Shown here piece after piece: positions 12,240-26,188 of a stretch of DNA of 64,000 nucleotides (position 1 is its first letter; each line of letters begins with the position of its first letter). Both the position numbers and the translations under genes were made by a program. The DNA comes from Chiloscyllium plagiosum (taxonomy: Eukaryota): the NCBI RefSeq assembly GCF_004010195.1, contig NC_057754.1:392918-456917 (forward strand), written 5' to 3'. The notes beneath the pieces were generated by a model. The model did not search any database. It was not told the origin of the DNA and saw only the letters and a program-made list of their open reading frames with translations.

Positions 12240-15200
12240 TGTTAGACGCCTTGCTGATTTTGCATTTTTAAATTTTATTCTTTTATCATTTTGGTTTGGA
12301 ACTGGGAACTGTGAGCCAAAGATGAGTTTTGGACTGTGGCTAACAGGCTTGTGTTAAAAGGAAAACAAACTAAATTGGCTTTTATTTATTCATTAACTGC
12401 AGGTTGGTTCCTAATCAAAAGATTCTGCAGATGTTTCATCACCAGAGAAGAGCATTATGTTTAAACTGATAGCAGAAGTTGGCTATCAACAAGATCAGTA
12501 CCTGGGAATTGGTTCCAGTAAGTCTGGATAAGATCTTATGCTCAAGCAGATGGCAGATGTTGAATGGTAACAGGGTTCTCCTGAAGATGGACAGTGTTTC
12601 AGGAAATGGTCAGAGTAAATGGATTTTGGACTGTGTTTTATGAGAGAAAAGGAATCTAGCTATTGATGCTACAGCATGAAAATTTGAAATCTCCGTAACC
12701 TCCCATAAACAGCTCTTGAAAGCTCAGAGAATAGAAAACTAAAGTTTCTGTATTATTGTCTTTATCTAAGTATAAAGGTGATTCTGAATGACATCTTCAG
12801 AAAATCAACCAAGAAATCATCATATAGGCCTGTGGAACAATGCATTATGGAAACCACTTAAATAATCTGGCCAGTTTTGTTATTTTCTTTTATTTATCCC
12901 TTAACTGTGTTTGTTTCTGTCCATCTTTTGTGTTAATGGAGGTGAAACAAAGGCTTTTGGGTCTATAGCATAGGCCAGTTAGATTTGGCATTTATGTTCT
13001 GCTGAAGTTACTATATTGTTAATAAATTTGAGATTTTGGAGAAAATTTGTAGCTCAGGTTGTGGATCAAGTTGTAAAGTTGCTTTCTGAAATTTTGGTAA
13101 ATGGGGTCCAAATTGATATATTTGTTGATGGAGTTCTGGTTTGAATGCCAGGCCGCTTGGAATTCCCCTGTGTGTCTTTATTTAGCCTGTCCCAGGATGG
13201 ATGTATTGTCCCAGTCGAACTGGTGTCCCTCTTCGTCTGTGTGTGTGGATACCAGTGATAGTTGGTCATATCTTTAGGTGGCTAGTTGATGCTCATGTAT
13301 CCTGGTGGATAGCTTCCTGCCCGTTTGTCCAATGTAACGTTTGTTGCAATCCTTGCAGGGTATTTTCTATATGACATTCATTCTACTGGTTTTTGGTAAC
13401 AGGGTACTTTAAATTCATCAAGAGCTGTTTCAGTGTGGTGGTAGGTTTGTGAGCTACCACGGTGCCTAGGGACCGGAGAAGTCTGGTCGTCATCTCCGAG
13501 ATGTCTTTGGTGTATAGCAGGGTGGCTAGAATCTCTGGGTGCGTTGTGTCTTATTGTTTGGGTCAGTTATGCAGGAATTGGCAGACTGCGCTTATTGGGT
13601 GCCTGTTATTCCTGAATACGGTGCATAGGTGTTTTTTCTCGGCTTCTCATAGTTCCTGGGTCTTGCGGCTTGTTTAAATAATGTCCTCAAGGAGCTCTGT
13701 TTGTGGGTGTTCGGGTAATTGCTCCTGTAGTTGAGTACCTGGTCAGTGTGTGGCTTTCCTATACAGGCTGGTCTGCAGCTCTCCATTGGCTTTACATTCA
13801 TCCTGGGACAATACATCTGTCCTGGGACAGGCTAAACAAAGACACGCATGGGAATTCCTGGAGGCCTGACATTCAAACCAGAACTCCATCAACAAACATA
13901 TAGATTTGAACCCCATTTACCAACCTCTCAGAAACAGAACGGGAAATGATATCACCTTGATGTATGTTTGCTCGCTGAGCTGGAAGGTTTGTTTTCAGAC
14001 GTTTCGTCAACATACTAGATAACATCATGACTGAGCCTCTGGATGAAGCACTGGTGGTATGGTTCGCTTTCTATTTATGTGTTTAGGTTTCCTTGCATTG
14101 GTGATGTCATTTCCTATGGTGATTCCATTTCCTGTTCTTTTTCTCAGGGATGGTAAATGGGATCCAAGTCAATGTGTTTGTTGATAGAATTCCAGTTGGA
14201 ATATCTTGCTTCTAGGAATTCTCGTACATGTCTCTGTTTGGCTTGTCCTAGAATGGATGTGTTGTCCCAGTCAAAGTGGTGTCTTTCCTCATTTGTATGT
14301 AAAGATACTAGTGGGAGTGGGTCATGTCTTTTTGTGGCTAGTTGATGTTCATGCATCCTGGTGGCTAGTTTTCTGCCTGTTTTGTTACTGTTCTTGCAAG
14401 GTATTTTGTAAATGACAATAGTTTTGCTTGTTGTCTGTATAGGATCTTTCAAGTTCATTAGCTGTCGTCTTAGTGTGTTGGTGGGTTTGTGGGCTATTAT
14501 GATGCCAAGAGGTCTGAGTAGCCTGGCATTCATTTCTGAGACGTCTTTGATGTAGGGGAGAGTGGCTAGGGTTTCTGGAATGTTTTGTCTGCTTGTTTGA
14601 GTTTGTTGCTGAGAAATCAGCAGACTGTGTTCAATGGCACCCGTTTTTTTTTAATACACTGTATAGGTGATTTTCCTCTGCTCTTCGTAGATCCTCTGTG
14701 CTGCAGTGTGAGGTGGCTCATTGAAATAATGTTTTAATGCAGCTTCGTTTGTGGGCGTTGGGATAACTGCTTCTGCAGTTCAGTATTTGCTCTGTATGTG
14801 TTGTTTTCCTGTAGACACTAGTTTGAAGTTTCTTATTGGCTGTTTGCTCTACTGCGACATCTAGGAATGGCAGTTTGTTGTTGTTTTCCTCCTCTTTTGT
14901 GAATTTTATGCCAGTAAGGGTATTATGATGGTCTTGAACGTTTCCTGTAATTTGTTTTGTTTAGTGATGACAAAGATGTCATCCATGTAGCGGACCCAAA
15001 GTTTGGGTTGGATGGTTGGCAGAGTTGTTTGTTCCAGTCTCTGCATTACTGCCTCTGCTAAGATCCTACCACAATAAACCGAGACTGATAAATAGTAAGT
15101 GGGACAGAACACCAGAGGCTCACTGGTGATGTTACCTAGCATGGTGATGAAACGTCTGAGAACAAATCTTCGACATTCTATCAGCTCAGCGAGCAAATTG

Positions 15201-15409
15201 ACAACCTGTTAATAAATTGCTAAGTCTTTTATTTAAGATACAAACTAGTGTCTGGAATTTATTATTCATAGTCTGGGATTGGTTATTCAAAAGTCTGGTT
15301 AGGAACCACTAGGGTCAATTTTGAGGCATCTCAATTTAATTTTATTGTGTTACAAACATAGAGGTAGAAAGGCTGATTTGGATTGGTTGTCTGTCTCCAT
15401 GACATAACA
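12240..15409 (+). mobile_element. Solo LTR (about 1 kb) interrupted by a Penelope composite
   Basis: Termini TGTTA...TAACA; 4-bp TSD CAAT at 12236-12239 and 15410-15413; internal AATAAA; no PBS or internal coding region seen. Confidence 0.7.
13029..15206 (-). mobile_element. Penelope-like composite (RT C-terminus plus GIY-YIG, partial tandem and inverted pseudo-LTR)
   Basis: ORF pieces WVRYMDDIFVI, KPHTDQVLNYRSNYP and VIYKIPCK...KTGRKLATRMHEH...ILGQAKQRHVREFLEA; 12-bp TSD TGTTAATAAATT at 13017-13028 and 15207-15218. Confidence 0.88.
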
Positions 15410-15424
15410 CAATGGATACTATTA

Positions 15425-15739
15425 CAGGTATCCGAAATTCTGAAATCCAAAAAGCTCCGAAATATTTTTCATAGAGTGTGGAACGTTATTTTGGCATGCA
15501 ATCAGGTGACCTAACCCCACACCCACTCAAACCACATCAATCAGATGTGACATGGCAGCGTGGCCCAGCACTGGCAGGCGTCAATTGTGTCTCAGCACTC
15601 ATACTATTCACATGTGCATCTGCTGTTAGGTAATTTTTAAAATTTCATTGTGAAAATGTCGTTTATTCCAAAATCTGAAAAATTCCGAATTCCAAAAACA
15701 ATTGGCCCCAAGGATTTCAGATAAAGGATTGTGTACCTG
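15425..15739. mobile_element. Tc1/mariner (MER46/Tigger-like) MITE
   Basis: TA|CAGGT...ACCTG|TA termini; subterminal ATCCGAAA-type repeats; end ...CCCAAGGATTTCAGATAAAGGAT resembles MER46/Tigger4 (recalled, not searched). Confidence 0.7.
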
Positions 15740-17302
15740 TACCTGTACCACCATTTCTGAATCTAATTGATCATGGTATTGAAGGCGGCTTCTAGATTTA
15801 AACCCTGAATAGTAAAGATAGAGGGAGGTGGCATTAAAAAGGTGAGCATTAATGCAGAAATGAAACTAACACAGGCACCATGGGCGAAATGGCTTCCTTC
15901 TGTGGCAGATTCATTTCTGTATCTTCCAGCAACAGTTACATTTCTTTCAGAACATTAACAATCAAGAATAAACAAATGTTACAGGCCTTTTTATTGCCCC
16001 TCTTATAGCCAATCTCCCAGCACCACATCCATTGGTTTGAAGTCAATGTGCGCTCTTCAGACATTAGTTTACGTCTCTGATGATACTGCATGTTGTTCCT
16101 GTGCTTACTAGTTCCCGTTTTGCATTGCATTTGCTTTCTTAATTGGCAATGAAAACCAAATGTGAGGCTAATCACTTCTTTGCTGACACTGTCAGGTGCA
16201 ATTTGTGTCAAAGCTTTCATGTTCCATGTTTGCAATCATCATTGGTTCCCCTGCTGCCCTATTCTCCCAAACCCTCTCCCAATCTCTACAAAAATTCCAA
16301 CTCAAGGCCCTGCCCAGGACATTCTTGCCATCCAGCTCTAATTGGAGTTAAACAGAGATACCAGAGCATTGCTGGATTTGCGCTGTAGATCAACAGAGGG
16401 AGGAACATTGCAACTAAATCAACAAGAAAGCCAATGATGTTAGTGAAGGCAGATTTCAGTTATCCACTCAGGAGATGGAGAAACCCAAGTCTGGAACAGG
16501 GATCACGAGATTCTCCGTGGACCTTTCTTGTTGTGTTCATAATTGCAACACCTCTCACACTCACTGCAATTCTTTATAAGATGAGGTGATATTGTGTTGG
16601 GGAGAAAGAGAGGGATGAGAAGACATAATCCAAGAAAGATGAGACATCTGGAAAAATATATTTAATGTAAGCACGAATCAGGATTTGATGTGAGGAAACT
16701 CGTATGTTCAAAGGAATCTCAATTCAGAAAAAAAGTGCTCAGTATTTTTGGGATGATAAGGTTCAGAAAGGGAGGTACAGACATAAGATGAGTGTGTTTC
16801 TCATTCCCAACACTGACCTGAGGAAGTAAGCACCAGATGAATATCTAAAATTCCCAATACTGAGGACATCCTTTACACCAGATGACTCAGCCCATTGTAG
16901 CGACAAAACATTTGTGATGCTAGCTATTGCTGCAAACCACATTAAACCATACTCAATTCACTGACCAATAAAGGCAAACATACAAAACGTCTTCTTTACT
17001 AGCCTCGATTTGTATGAGTGGGGAAGGGTAAGGGAGGAAGGGGCAGGGAAGTGGGTGTTGTGGAGATGGAGAAGGGGAAGCAAGGAGTGGTAGGAGGGAG
17101 AGAAGGGACAGAATGAGGGAGGTAGAAAGTGGGTCGATGGAAGGCAAAAAAAGAGATGCCATCAGCAGGTGGTCTGATTTTGACAAGTTTGTGATAGGTG
17201 TTACTGTGCAGAAGCTTCAGCATGAAAAGCTCAACAGAAAATGGAACCAAAGAAAGCTGAACAGTGCCACCTGGCTGTTATCAAGGAGACTGTTTCAAAT
17301 CA

Positions 17303-18032
17303 AGTCATGGAGTCATAGAGATGCACAGCACAGAAAAAGACCCTTCCATTCAACTTGTCCATGCTGACCAGATATCTAAATAAATCTAGTCCCGTTTGCC
17401 AGCAGTTGGTCCATATCTCTTTAAATCCTTCCTATTCATATGTCTATCCAGATGTCTTTTAAATGTTGTAATTGTACCAGCTTCCATCACTTCCTTTGGC
17501 AGCTCATTCCAGATGCGCACCACCTTCTGCATGAAAAAGTTGTCCCTTAGGTCCCTTTTAAATCTTTTTTCTCTCACCGTAAATTTATGCCTCTAGTTTT
17601 GGATTCCCCTACCTTTAGGAAAAGACCTTGACGACTCAGTCTAGCCATGCCCCTCATGATTTTATAAACCTCTGTAAGGTCACCACTCAGCCTCTGACGC
17701 TCCAGAGAAAATAACCCCAGCCTGTTTAGCATCTCCCTATAGCTCAAACCCTCCAATCCTGACAACATCTTTGTAAATCTTTTCTGAATCCTTTCAAGTT
17801 CCACAACATCCTCCCTATAGCAGAAAGACCAGAATTGAACAGAGTATTCCGATGCTGGTCAAACCAATGTCCTCTACATGACCTCCCAACTCCTATACTC
17901 AATGCAATGACCAATACAGGCAAGCATAAAAAACATCTTTACTATCCTGTCTACCTGCGATTCCACTTTCAAAGAACTATGAACCTGCACTCCAAGGTCT
18001 CTTTGTTCAGTAATACTCCCAGAAACTTACCA
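17303..18032 (-). mobile_element. CR1 LINE 3' end
   Basis: [33 protein letters not shown] and NFFMQKVVRIWNELP; (CTCTATGA)n tail. Confidence 0.88.
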
Positions 18033-18815
18033 ATAGTCATACAAGTGAATAAATCTGGTGACTATCCCACAATATAAAGAAATAGATTAAATGTTGGCAA
18101 TGTTACACTCTCTCTCTCACTCACTCCCTCAAATATGTTCGTATTTTCAATAATATTAGAAACCTATGATTACATTACTTCCAATAAAATTAACACTAGC
18201 ATGTAACAATGAGACAGAAGAAAATGTGATTGCCCTTCTTAGAGCAGAGAGTGTGAAGGGGAGGTTTAATTGAAGCATTCAAAATCAGGAAGAGGTCTAA
18301 TACAAAGGAAGATATTGTTTCCAGGGCAGAAAGGTTAGTAACCAGAGAGACCAAAGCTAAAGAGAATCAGCAAAAGAACAAAAGGGACAACATAGGAAGA
18401 GGGGTAAGCCATTCAGCTCTTCAAGGCTGTGCTGTCTTTCAATAAGATCATAGCTGATCATCCACTTCAATAACTCTTTCCCTTTATATTTCCTATATTT
18501 TTAAATCTATCTCTACTTTAAACAGAGCCAATAACTGAGGTTCTACAGCCCTCAAGATTATAGTTTACCAAACATTCACCACCTTCTGAGTAAATCAGAA
18601 TTTGTGTATTTCAGTTCTAAGTGGTGTTCCCCTTACTTTCAAAATTGCTTTGGACTCCCCAACCAGTGGAAATATCTTACCAGCATCTATCCTAATCATT
18701 TATGTAATTTTTAAGTTTCAATGAGATCACCTTTCATTCTTCAAAACTCTAGAAAATACAGGTCCTCTCTTCATAGGACAGTCATGTCACCCCAAGAAGA
18801 AGTCTGGTGAACCTT

Positions 18816-19910
18816 TAACATACATACAAACACAGGTGGTTGACAGGGCCCTTAGCCAGGTCTGACCCATCTCCCATATTTGGCCTCACCCTCTCTCTTC
18901 CCTTCCACAAAAGCGATAGGATTCCCCTTGTTCTCACCTACCATCCAACCAGCATCCACTCTATAAGATCTTCAGCAACCATTTCCCCCATCTCCACAGG
19001 GATGCCACCAGCAGACATATATTCCCCTCCCCTCCCTTGTCAGCCTTCCAAAGGGACCATTCACTCTGGGACACCTGGTCCACTCTTCTTCACTCCCAAC
19101 ACTCCCCTCAGCCCACAGCATCTTCCCCTGCAATTGCAGAAGGTGTAACATCTGCCTATTTACTTCCTCCCTCCTGAGTATCCAAGGCCTCAAAAACACC
19201 TTCCAGGTGAAGCAGCACTTTACCTGCTCTTCACTCAATCTAGTCTACTGTACTCGTTGCTCACAATGTTGTCTCCTTTACACTGGGGAAACAAAGCGCA
19301 GACTGGGTGATCGCTTTACAGAACTCCTATGTACTGTCCACAAAAATGACCCTGAGCTTCCAGTTGCCTGCCACTTCAACACACCACCATGTTTCCTGGC
19401 TAGCATTTCTGTCTCAGGCTTGCTGCAATGAAGTTCAGCGCAAACTGGAAGAACAGCACCTATTTTCCACTTGGGGCCTCTGCAGGCTTCTGGACTCAAT
19501 ATTGAGTTCAACAATTTTAGGGCTGGAGCACCTTCCTCCCCTGTGCTGACCCCAACCCTCACATACCAGGCCTTGACATCAAATGGCCTGCTACCACACA
19601 CAACCCATTGCTAGCTACTAATAGTCCCCATTCTCCCACCCTGACCTTTATCCACTCCTTTGTCAGTCCAACTGTTTTTCTCTCTCTTTGGGCTCTATCT
19701 CCACCTATCATTTCCTCCTCTCCCACCTCCCCCAACTTCTGCATAAATATCAACAATTTCCTAGCTACAATCAGTTCTGAAGAAGAGTCACTGGAACCCG
19801 CAACATTGACTCTGCTTTCTCACCATGGACGCTGCCAGACTTGTTGAGTTTTTCTAGCAATTTCTATGTTTCATTTGGATTGTCAGCATCTGCAGTTCTT
19901 TCAGTTTTTT
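18816..19910 (+). mobile_element. 5'-truncated Penelope-like element (GIY-YIG endonuclease plus pseudo-LTR) inserted in an old CR1
   Basis: RIPLVLTYHP and FTCSSLNLVYC-x-RC-x2-C-x-LLYTGETKRRLGDRF...PVACHFN; 14-bp TSD GTCTGGTGAACCTT at 18802-18815 and 19911-19924; decayed hammerhead at ~19776. Confidence 0.88.
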
Positions 19911-20569
19911 GTCTGGTGAACCTTCATTACACTCTCCCTATGGCAATAATATCTTTCCTGAGGTACAGGGATCAACATGACTCATAGCACTCCAGGTGTA
20001 GCCTAATTACGCTCCTATACAATTAAAGCAAGAGTTCACTAATCCTCTTGCGATAAACATACCATGAACCTTCCTAATAACTTGTTGCACTTGCATGTAC
20101 GTCTTAGGTTACTCATCGTAAAGGACACCTGCGTCCCTTTGTACACACTACGATATCCAACCTGTTACCATTTAAGAAATACTCTATACATCAGCTTCTC
20201 CACTCAACATTGAAACCTCACTTTTTTCACACTATATTCCATCTGCCATGCTCTTACACACTAAATCTGTCCTAATCCTCTTGAAGCTGCTTTGCCTCCT
20301 CCTTATGGGCACACATTCCGACCTTATTTTGTGTCATCTGTGAACTTGAAATTATTACATTCTGTTACCAAATACAAATCACTGACATAGATTGAAGGCA
20401 TTTGGGGTCCTAGTACTGATCCTTGCAATACTCCCCCAGACAGAGTCTGCCAATGCAAGAATGACCCATTTTTAAAATTTGATTTGTTGTTATCTGGAAT
20501 GTGCTGCCCGACAGGGAGGTAGAAGCAGATTCAATAGAAAGTTTCAAAAGGTAATTGGATAAATTATGG

Positions 20570-23500
20570 AATCATAAACTCATACAGTATGAAACAACCC
20601 TTCGGTCCTTACAGTCCATGCTGACCAAAATCCCAAACTAAACTAGTCCTACCTGCCTGCACTTATCCCTCCAAATATTTCTTATTCATGTACTTATCCA
20701 AGTATCTTTTAAATGTTTTAACTGTACCCACATTCACCGCTTCCTCTGGAAGTTCATTCCACACACAAACCACTCTCTAGTAAAACAGTTATCTCTCATG
20801 TCTTTTTAAAATCTTTCTCCTCTCATCTTAAAAATATGTCCCCTGTTTTGTTTATTTTTGTAAACTTGTAAAATGTTAAATTTCTAATAAAAATATCTAT
20901 TAAAAAAAAGCCCCCTAGTCATAGAATCATACAGTCACAGAGATGTATAGCATGGAAACAGACCCTTCTGTCCAACCCATCCATGCCGACTAGATATCCC
21001 AACCCAATCTAGTCCCACGTGCCAACACCTGGCCCATATCTCTCCAAACCCCTCCTATTCATATACCCATCCAAATGCCTCTTAGTCTTGAAATTTCCCA
21101 CCAGGAAAGAGACAGCTAAACACCTCTTTAACCATCCTATCATATGTGATACAAACTTGAAAGAATCATGTACCTGAATTCCGAGGTCTCTGTTCTACAA
21201 CTCTGCCCAAGGCCTTACTTTTAATTGTATAAGTCTTGCCTTTGTTTATTTTATCAAAATACAATACCTCACATTTATCCAAATTAAACTCCGTTTGCCA
21301 CTCTTCAGACCATTGACCCAATTGATCAAGATCTCTTAGTAATAAAATCAGAAATTGCTGGAAAAGTTCAGCAGGTATACCAGCATCTGTGGAGAAAAAT
21401 CAGAACCTCAGAGTTTGTAACTTTCTTCACTATCCACTATATCACCCATCCTGGTGTCTTCTGCAAAAGTACTAACCATGCTTTCTATTTTCTTATCTAA
21501 ATCATTTAAATAAATGACAAACAAAAGTGGACTCAGCCTCAATCCCTATTGAACAATGCTGGTCACAGGTCTCCAGTCCAAGAAAACAACCCTCCACCAT
21601 CACTCTCTGACTCCTGCTATTAAGCCAATTTTGCATCCAATTGGCAAGCTCACTCTGAATCCCATGTGACTATCCCTCATCATTCGTTGCCTCTTCAAAT
21701 GCACACAAATCCGATCTTTCAGAATCACTTTGAACATCTTACACACCAGCAAAGTCAGACTCACAGGTATATTATTCCCAGACTTCTGCTTACATCTCTT
21801 CTTAAACAAAGGCACAACATTATCCACTCTTCAGTCATTCAGCATTTCACCTGTATTTATAGATGATACAAATATTCCACAATTTCCTCCCTAACTTCCC
21901 ACAAAATCCTGAGATATACTAGATCAGGTCCTGGAGATTTATCCACCTCTATATCTTCTAAGACCTCCAGCACTTCCTCTTTTGCATTGTGAACTGTTTT
22001 CAAAACATCAATATTTATTTTCCTGAGTTCTCTAGCCTCAGTTTCTTTCTCCACAGTAAAAATTGATGCAAAATATTCATTTAATATCTATCCCATCTCC
22101 TGAAGTTCAACACAAAGACGAGCTCTGTGATCTTTAAGGGGCCTTACTCTCTCTCCAGTTGCTGTCTTGCTCTTAATGTACTTGTAGAGTCTCTTTGGAT
22201 GATCCTTAACCTTATTTGCCAAGGCTATCTCATATCCTGTCTCTGCCTTCCTGATCTCCCTCTTAAGAATGCCCCGACACTTTTTATACTGATAAAGTGA
22301 TACTGATACTGGGAATGTATACTATACTCCAGATGCGGTCTCACCCTGCATAATGAAAGCATAACCTCCTTGGCTTTGTATTCAATTCCCCTCACAATAA
22401 AAGGTAACATTTGATTAGTTTTCCTGATTACTTGCTGCGCCTTTTGTGATTCATGGACTTGGACACTCCGATCCCTCTACATCTCAGAGCTCTGTAATAA
22501 CTCACCATTTAATTAATATACTTACTTTTATTCTTCCAGTCACAATGGACAATTTTACATTGTTTCACACTATAAACTCCATATGCTAGACCTTTGCCTA
22601 GTCACTTAAATAATATTCCCTTGTACATACTTACGTCATCTTCACAATGTACGGTGCTACCTATCTTTGTGTAATCAGCAAACTTAGCAATCTTACCTTC
22701 CACCCCTTCATTCAAATCATTTCTATGAATTCTAAATAGTTGAGGTCCCAGCGTTGATCTCTGTTATGCACTGCTCATAAGTTCTTGCCAACCAGGAAGT
22801 GACCCATTTATAACTACTCCATTTTCTATTAGCTAACTAGTCTTTTATCCATGCTAATATAGAATCATAAAATTTTACAGTACAGAAGGAGGTCATTTGA
22901 TCCACTGTGTCTGTAAAAGCTCCCAAAACAGCTCCCTAACTAGGCCTACTCTCCAGCCTAACTCTGTAGCCCTCTAACTTCATCACTTTCAAACATGTAT
23001 CCAACTCTCTTTGAAACTGCCAATGTAATCCACCTCCACCACTCTCCCAGGCAGTGCATTCCAAATTCTAACAACTCTCTGATTAAAGAAATTCTCTTCA
23101 TCTCACTCTTAGCTCCCTTGTTGACAATCTTGAAATTGTGACCCCTACTTACTGACGTACCAACTAGCAGAAACAGAATAGCCTTCTTTACCCTGTCAAA
23201 ATTGTTCGTAATTCTGAACACCTCAATTCTTAATCTTCTCTGCTCCAAGAAGAAAAAGCCCTATCTGTCCAATCATTCCTTGTATTGAAAATCCTTTATT
23301 CCTGGTATCATTCCAGTTAATCACCTTTAACTTTTCTCCAGGACTTTAACATCCTTACTTAAAAAAGGTACTGAGAACTGCACACAATACTCAAATGTGG
23401 TCTGACCAATAATTTGCAGAGGTGTAGCATCACTTCCTTCCTTTTATACTCAATGCTTCTATTTATAAACCCAAGAATCCTATTGCCTTCTTAACAACAG

Positions 23501-24660
23501 TTTCAACTTGCCTGACCATCTTCAGAGATTCATACACATGAACCCTGAGGTTCCTGTGCTGCTGTCGTCTCCTCAAAGTTGGACCATTGAACCTGTATAT
23601 GTCTCCATGTTCCTTCTACCAAAATGCGTTACTCCACATTTCTCTGCATCGAGATTCATCTGCCAGGTGTCTGTCCATTTGGCCAACTTATCAATGTCCC
23701 TCTCAAGTCACTCAGCATCATCCTCACAATTTAATATTCTCACTAGTTTAGTACATAAACAAATTTAGAGATTTTATCCTCAAAAGCCATCTCCATGTCG
23801 TTTATATAAATCAAAAGAAGCAAAGGTCCTAATACAAATTCCCTGGAACATCACTTTCAATTTGTTTGCAATCTGAGAAATGCCCATCTATACCTATCTG
23901 TTTCCTATCTTTCGGCCAACTTCTAATGCATGACGCCAAGAGCCTATCAATCCTGAACATTTCTAATTTGCTAACCAACAATCTTTGTGGCACAATATCA
24001 AATATTTTTCTTACCCTCTGCACCATGAACTTTTATTTTTCATATTAACCTTTTAAATGGGTGGCACAGTGGTTAACACTGCTGCCTCACAGCACCAGAG
24101 ACCCGGGTTCAATTCCCACCTCAGGCAACTGACTGTATGGAGTTTGCACATTCTCCCCGTGTCTGCGTGGGTTTCCTCCAGGTGCTCCGGTTTCCTCCCA
24201 CAGTCCAAAGATGTGCAGGACAGGTGAATTGGCTATGCTAAATTGCCCGTAGTGTTAGGTGAAGGAGTAAATGTAGGGGTATGGGTGGGTTGCACTTCGG
24301 CAGGTCGGTGTGGACTTGTTGGGCTGAAGGGCCTGTTTCCACACTGTAAGTAATCTAATCTAAAAAATGGCATCTTATCAAATGCCCATAAGCAGTTTCC
24401 TGATAACATGCTATCAGATTAACTGCCCTGTCAGTCCTTGTTTTTTCTCTTTCTTCCCTTTCTGAATAGGCATGTTACATTTGCTAAATTCCAGTCACTG
24501 GGACCGCTCAAGAATCTGAGAAATTTTGGAAAATGAGAAGCAGTGTCTCTCTGCAGCTGCCTCTTTTTTAACCTTAGGATGTTGACCATTCTGGCATGGG
24601 GACTTGTCAGCTTTTAATCCCTTACATTTTTCTAATATTTCTAATGTCAATGATTTAAAG
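20570..24660 (-). mobile_element. Stacked decayed CR1 fragments
   Basis: ORF2 pieces DKSPGPD-x-VY-x-RILWE, NVVPLFKK, VRPHLEY and FDIVP; several CR1 tails (~20575, ~20920, ~22860). Confidence 0.75.
24059..24362 (+). mobile_element. HE1-type SINE
   Basis: GGGTGGCACAGTGGTTAACACTGCTGCCTCACAGC...GGTTCAATTCC; tail TAATCTAATCTA. Confidence 0.88.
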
Positions 24661-24739
24661 TTCCTGACTCTCTTAGTCCCTTGGTTAGCCCTACACCTGT
24701 TATATACTTTGTGTTTTTGATGTGTTTGAGTTTGAATAG

Positions 24740-25105
24740 TGTCAGGGACGTGGTGGGTTTGAATGGTGTTGGAGATTCGATGGGTTTGGATGGTATCAGT
24801 GAGATGATGGATTTGGATGGTGATGGGGAGGCAATGGGTTTGCATAGTGATGTGGAGGTGATGGGTTTGGATGGTGATGGGGAGGTGATGGGTTTGGATG
24901 GTGACGGGGAGGTGAGGGGTTTGGATGGTGACGGGGAGGTGATGGGTTTGGATGGTGACGGGGAGGTGAGGGGTTTGGATGGTGACGGGGAGGTGAGGGG
25001 TTTGGATGGTGACGGGGAGGTGATGGGTTTTGAGGGGTTTGGATGGGGATGGGGATGGGGATAGGGAGGTGAGAGGTTTGGATGGGGATGAGGAGGTGAG
25101 GATTT
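24740..25105. repeat. 27-bp G-rich minisatellite
   Basis: Tandem GGGTTTGGATGGTGA(C/T)GGGGAGGTGA(T/G); near-perfect units at ~24860-25030, degenerate flanks. Confidence 0.9.
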
Positions 25106-25616
25106 GAAACCTGAATACAGGCTGAGGTGACTAGTTGCTGTCAGGGGCAACCATTTAACAGATGCTCTTAATAACTTAGGTGGCAACAAGATGGCTTCTT
25201 GATGCAAATAACATGACAAAATGGCTTCTAGGTTGCAAACTGACAATTCTGTGAAAGCTGCATAAAATGGTTTTTAAGTTACTCACTGCTAATTCTGCAA
25301 TAACTGCATAAGTGACTTACCACAGTCTGCTTCAATAAAGATTAGCAGACAATGTGCCCTTTAAAGCATAAAAATAAGTCAACAAGATAAGACATTACTG
25401 ACCATCCTAACTGACCTTCAAATGCAGGTGCAATAGCTCAGTGAGTGAGATAAGGATGGCCTGAGTGTTGGAAAATAAAGTTGGCTCCCAGGAAGTATCA
25501 TTGGACTAAGTAACTGTCATAGAGATGTACAACACAGAAACAGACCCTTTGGTCCAACTTGTTCATGCTGACCAGATATCCTAAATTAATCTAGTCCTAT
25601 TTAGAGTCATAGAGAT

Positions 25617-25833
25617 TTTCTTTGAGAAGATTTGTCGCTTGGATTGAGGTTCTGGATGTAGGTTTGCTCGCTGAGCTGGAAGATTCATTTGGGTTTGATG
25701 AAACCCAAACATATAAATAGAAAGCAGAAATTATCAGCAGTGCTTCGCCTGAGGCCCACTGAAGATGTTACCTAGTAGGGTGACGAAATGTCTGGAAATG
25801 AACCTTCCAGCTCAGCGATCAAACCTACATCCA
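25617..25833 (+). mobile_element. Fold-back Penelope pseudo-LTR insertion with hammerhead (family B)
   Basis: Inverted arms CTGGATGTAGGTTTGCTCGCTGAGCTGGAAG / CTTCCAGCTCAGCGATCAAACCTACATCCAG; flanked by duplicated AGAGTCATAGAGAT; core at 25759-25792. Confidence 0.8.
25756..25795 (+). ncRNA. Minimal type I hammerhead ribozyme motif (family B)
   Basis: CCA-CUGAAGA-U-GUUACC-UAGUAG-GGUGAC-GAAA-U-GUC-UGG; stem I CCA/UGG. Confidence 0.72.
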
Positions 25834-26188
25834 GAGTCATAGAGATGTACAGCACAGAAAGAGACCATTCAGCCCACCTCATCCATGCTGACCAGATATC
25901 CTAACACAATCTAGTCCCACCTGCCAGCACCTGGCCCATATCCCTCCAAACCCTTCCTATTCATATACCCATCCAAATGCCTTTTAAATGTTGCAATTAC
26001 ACCAGCCTCCACCACTTCCTCTGGCAGCTCATTCCATAAACGTATCACCCTCTGAGTGAAAAAGTTGCTCCTTAGGTCTCTTTTATATCTGTCCTCTCTC
26101 ACCCTAAACCTATGTTGGACTCCCCGACCCCAGGGAAAAGACTTTGTCTATTTGTCCTATCCATGCCCTTCATAATTTTATAAAGTCT

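Noticed and set aside
24647..25246. 199-aa Pro/Ser-rich ORF (mucin- or extensin-like)
   Set aside because: It is a translation of the 27-bp minisatellite running into CR1 sequence, with no supported exon structure.
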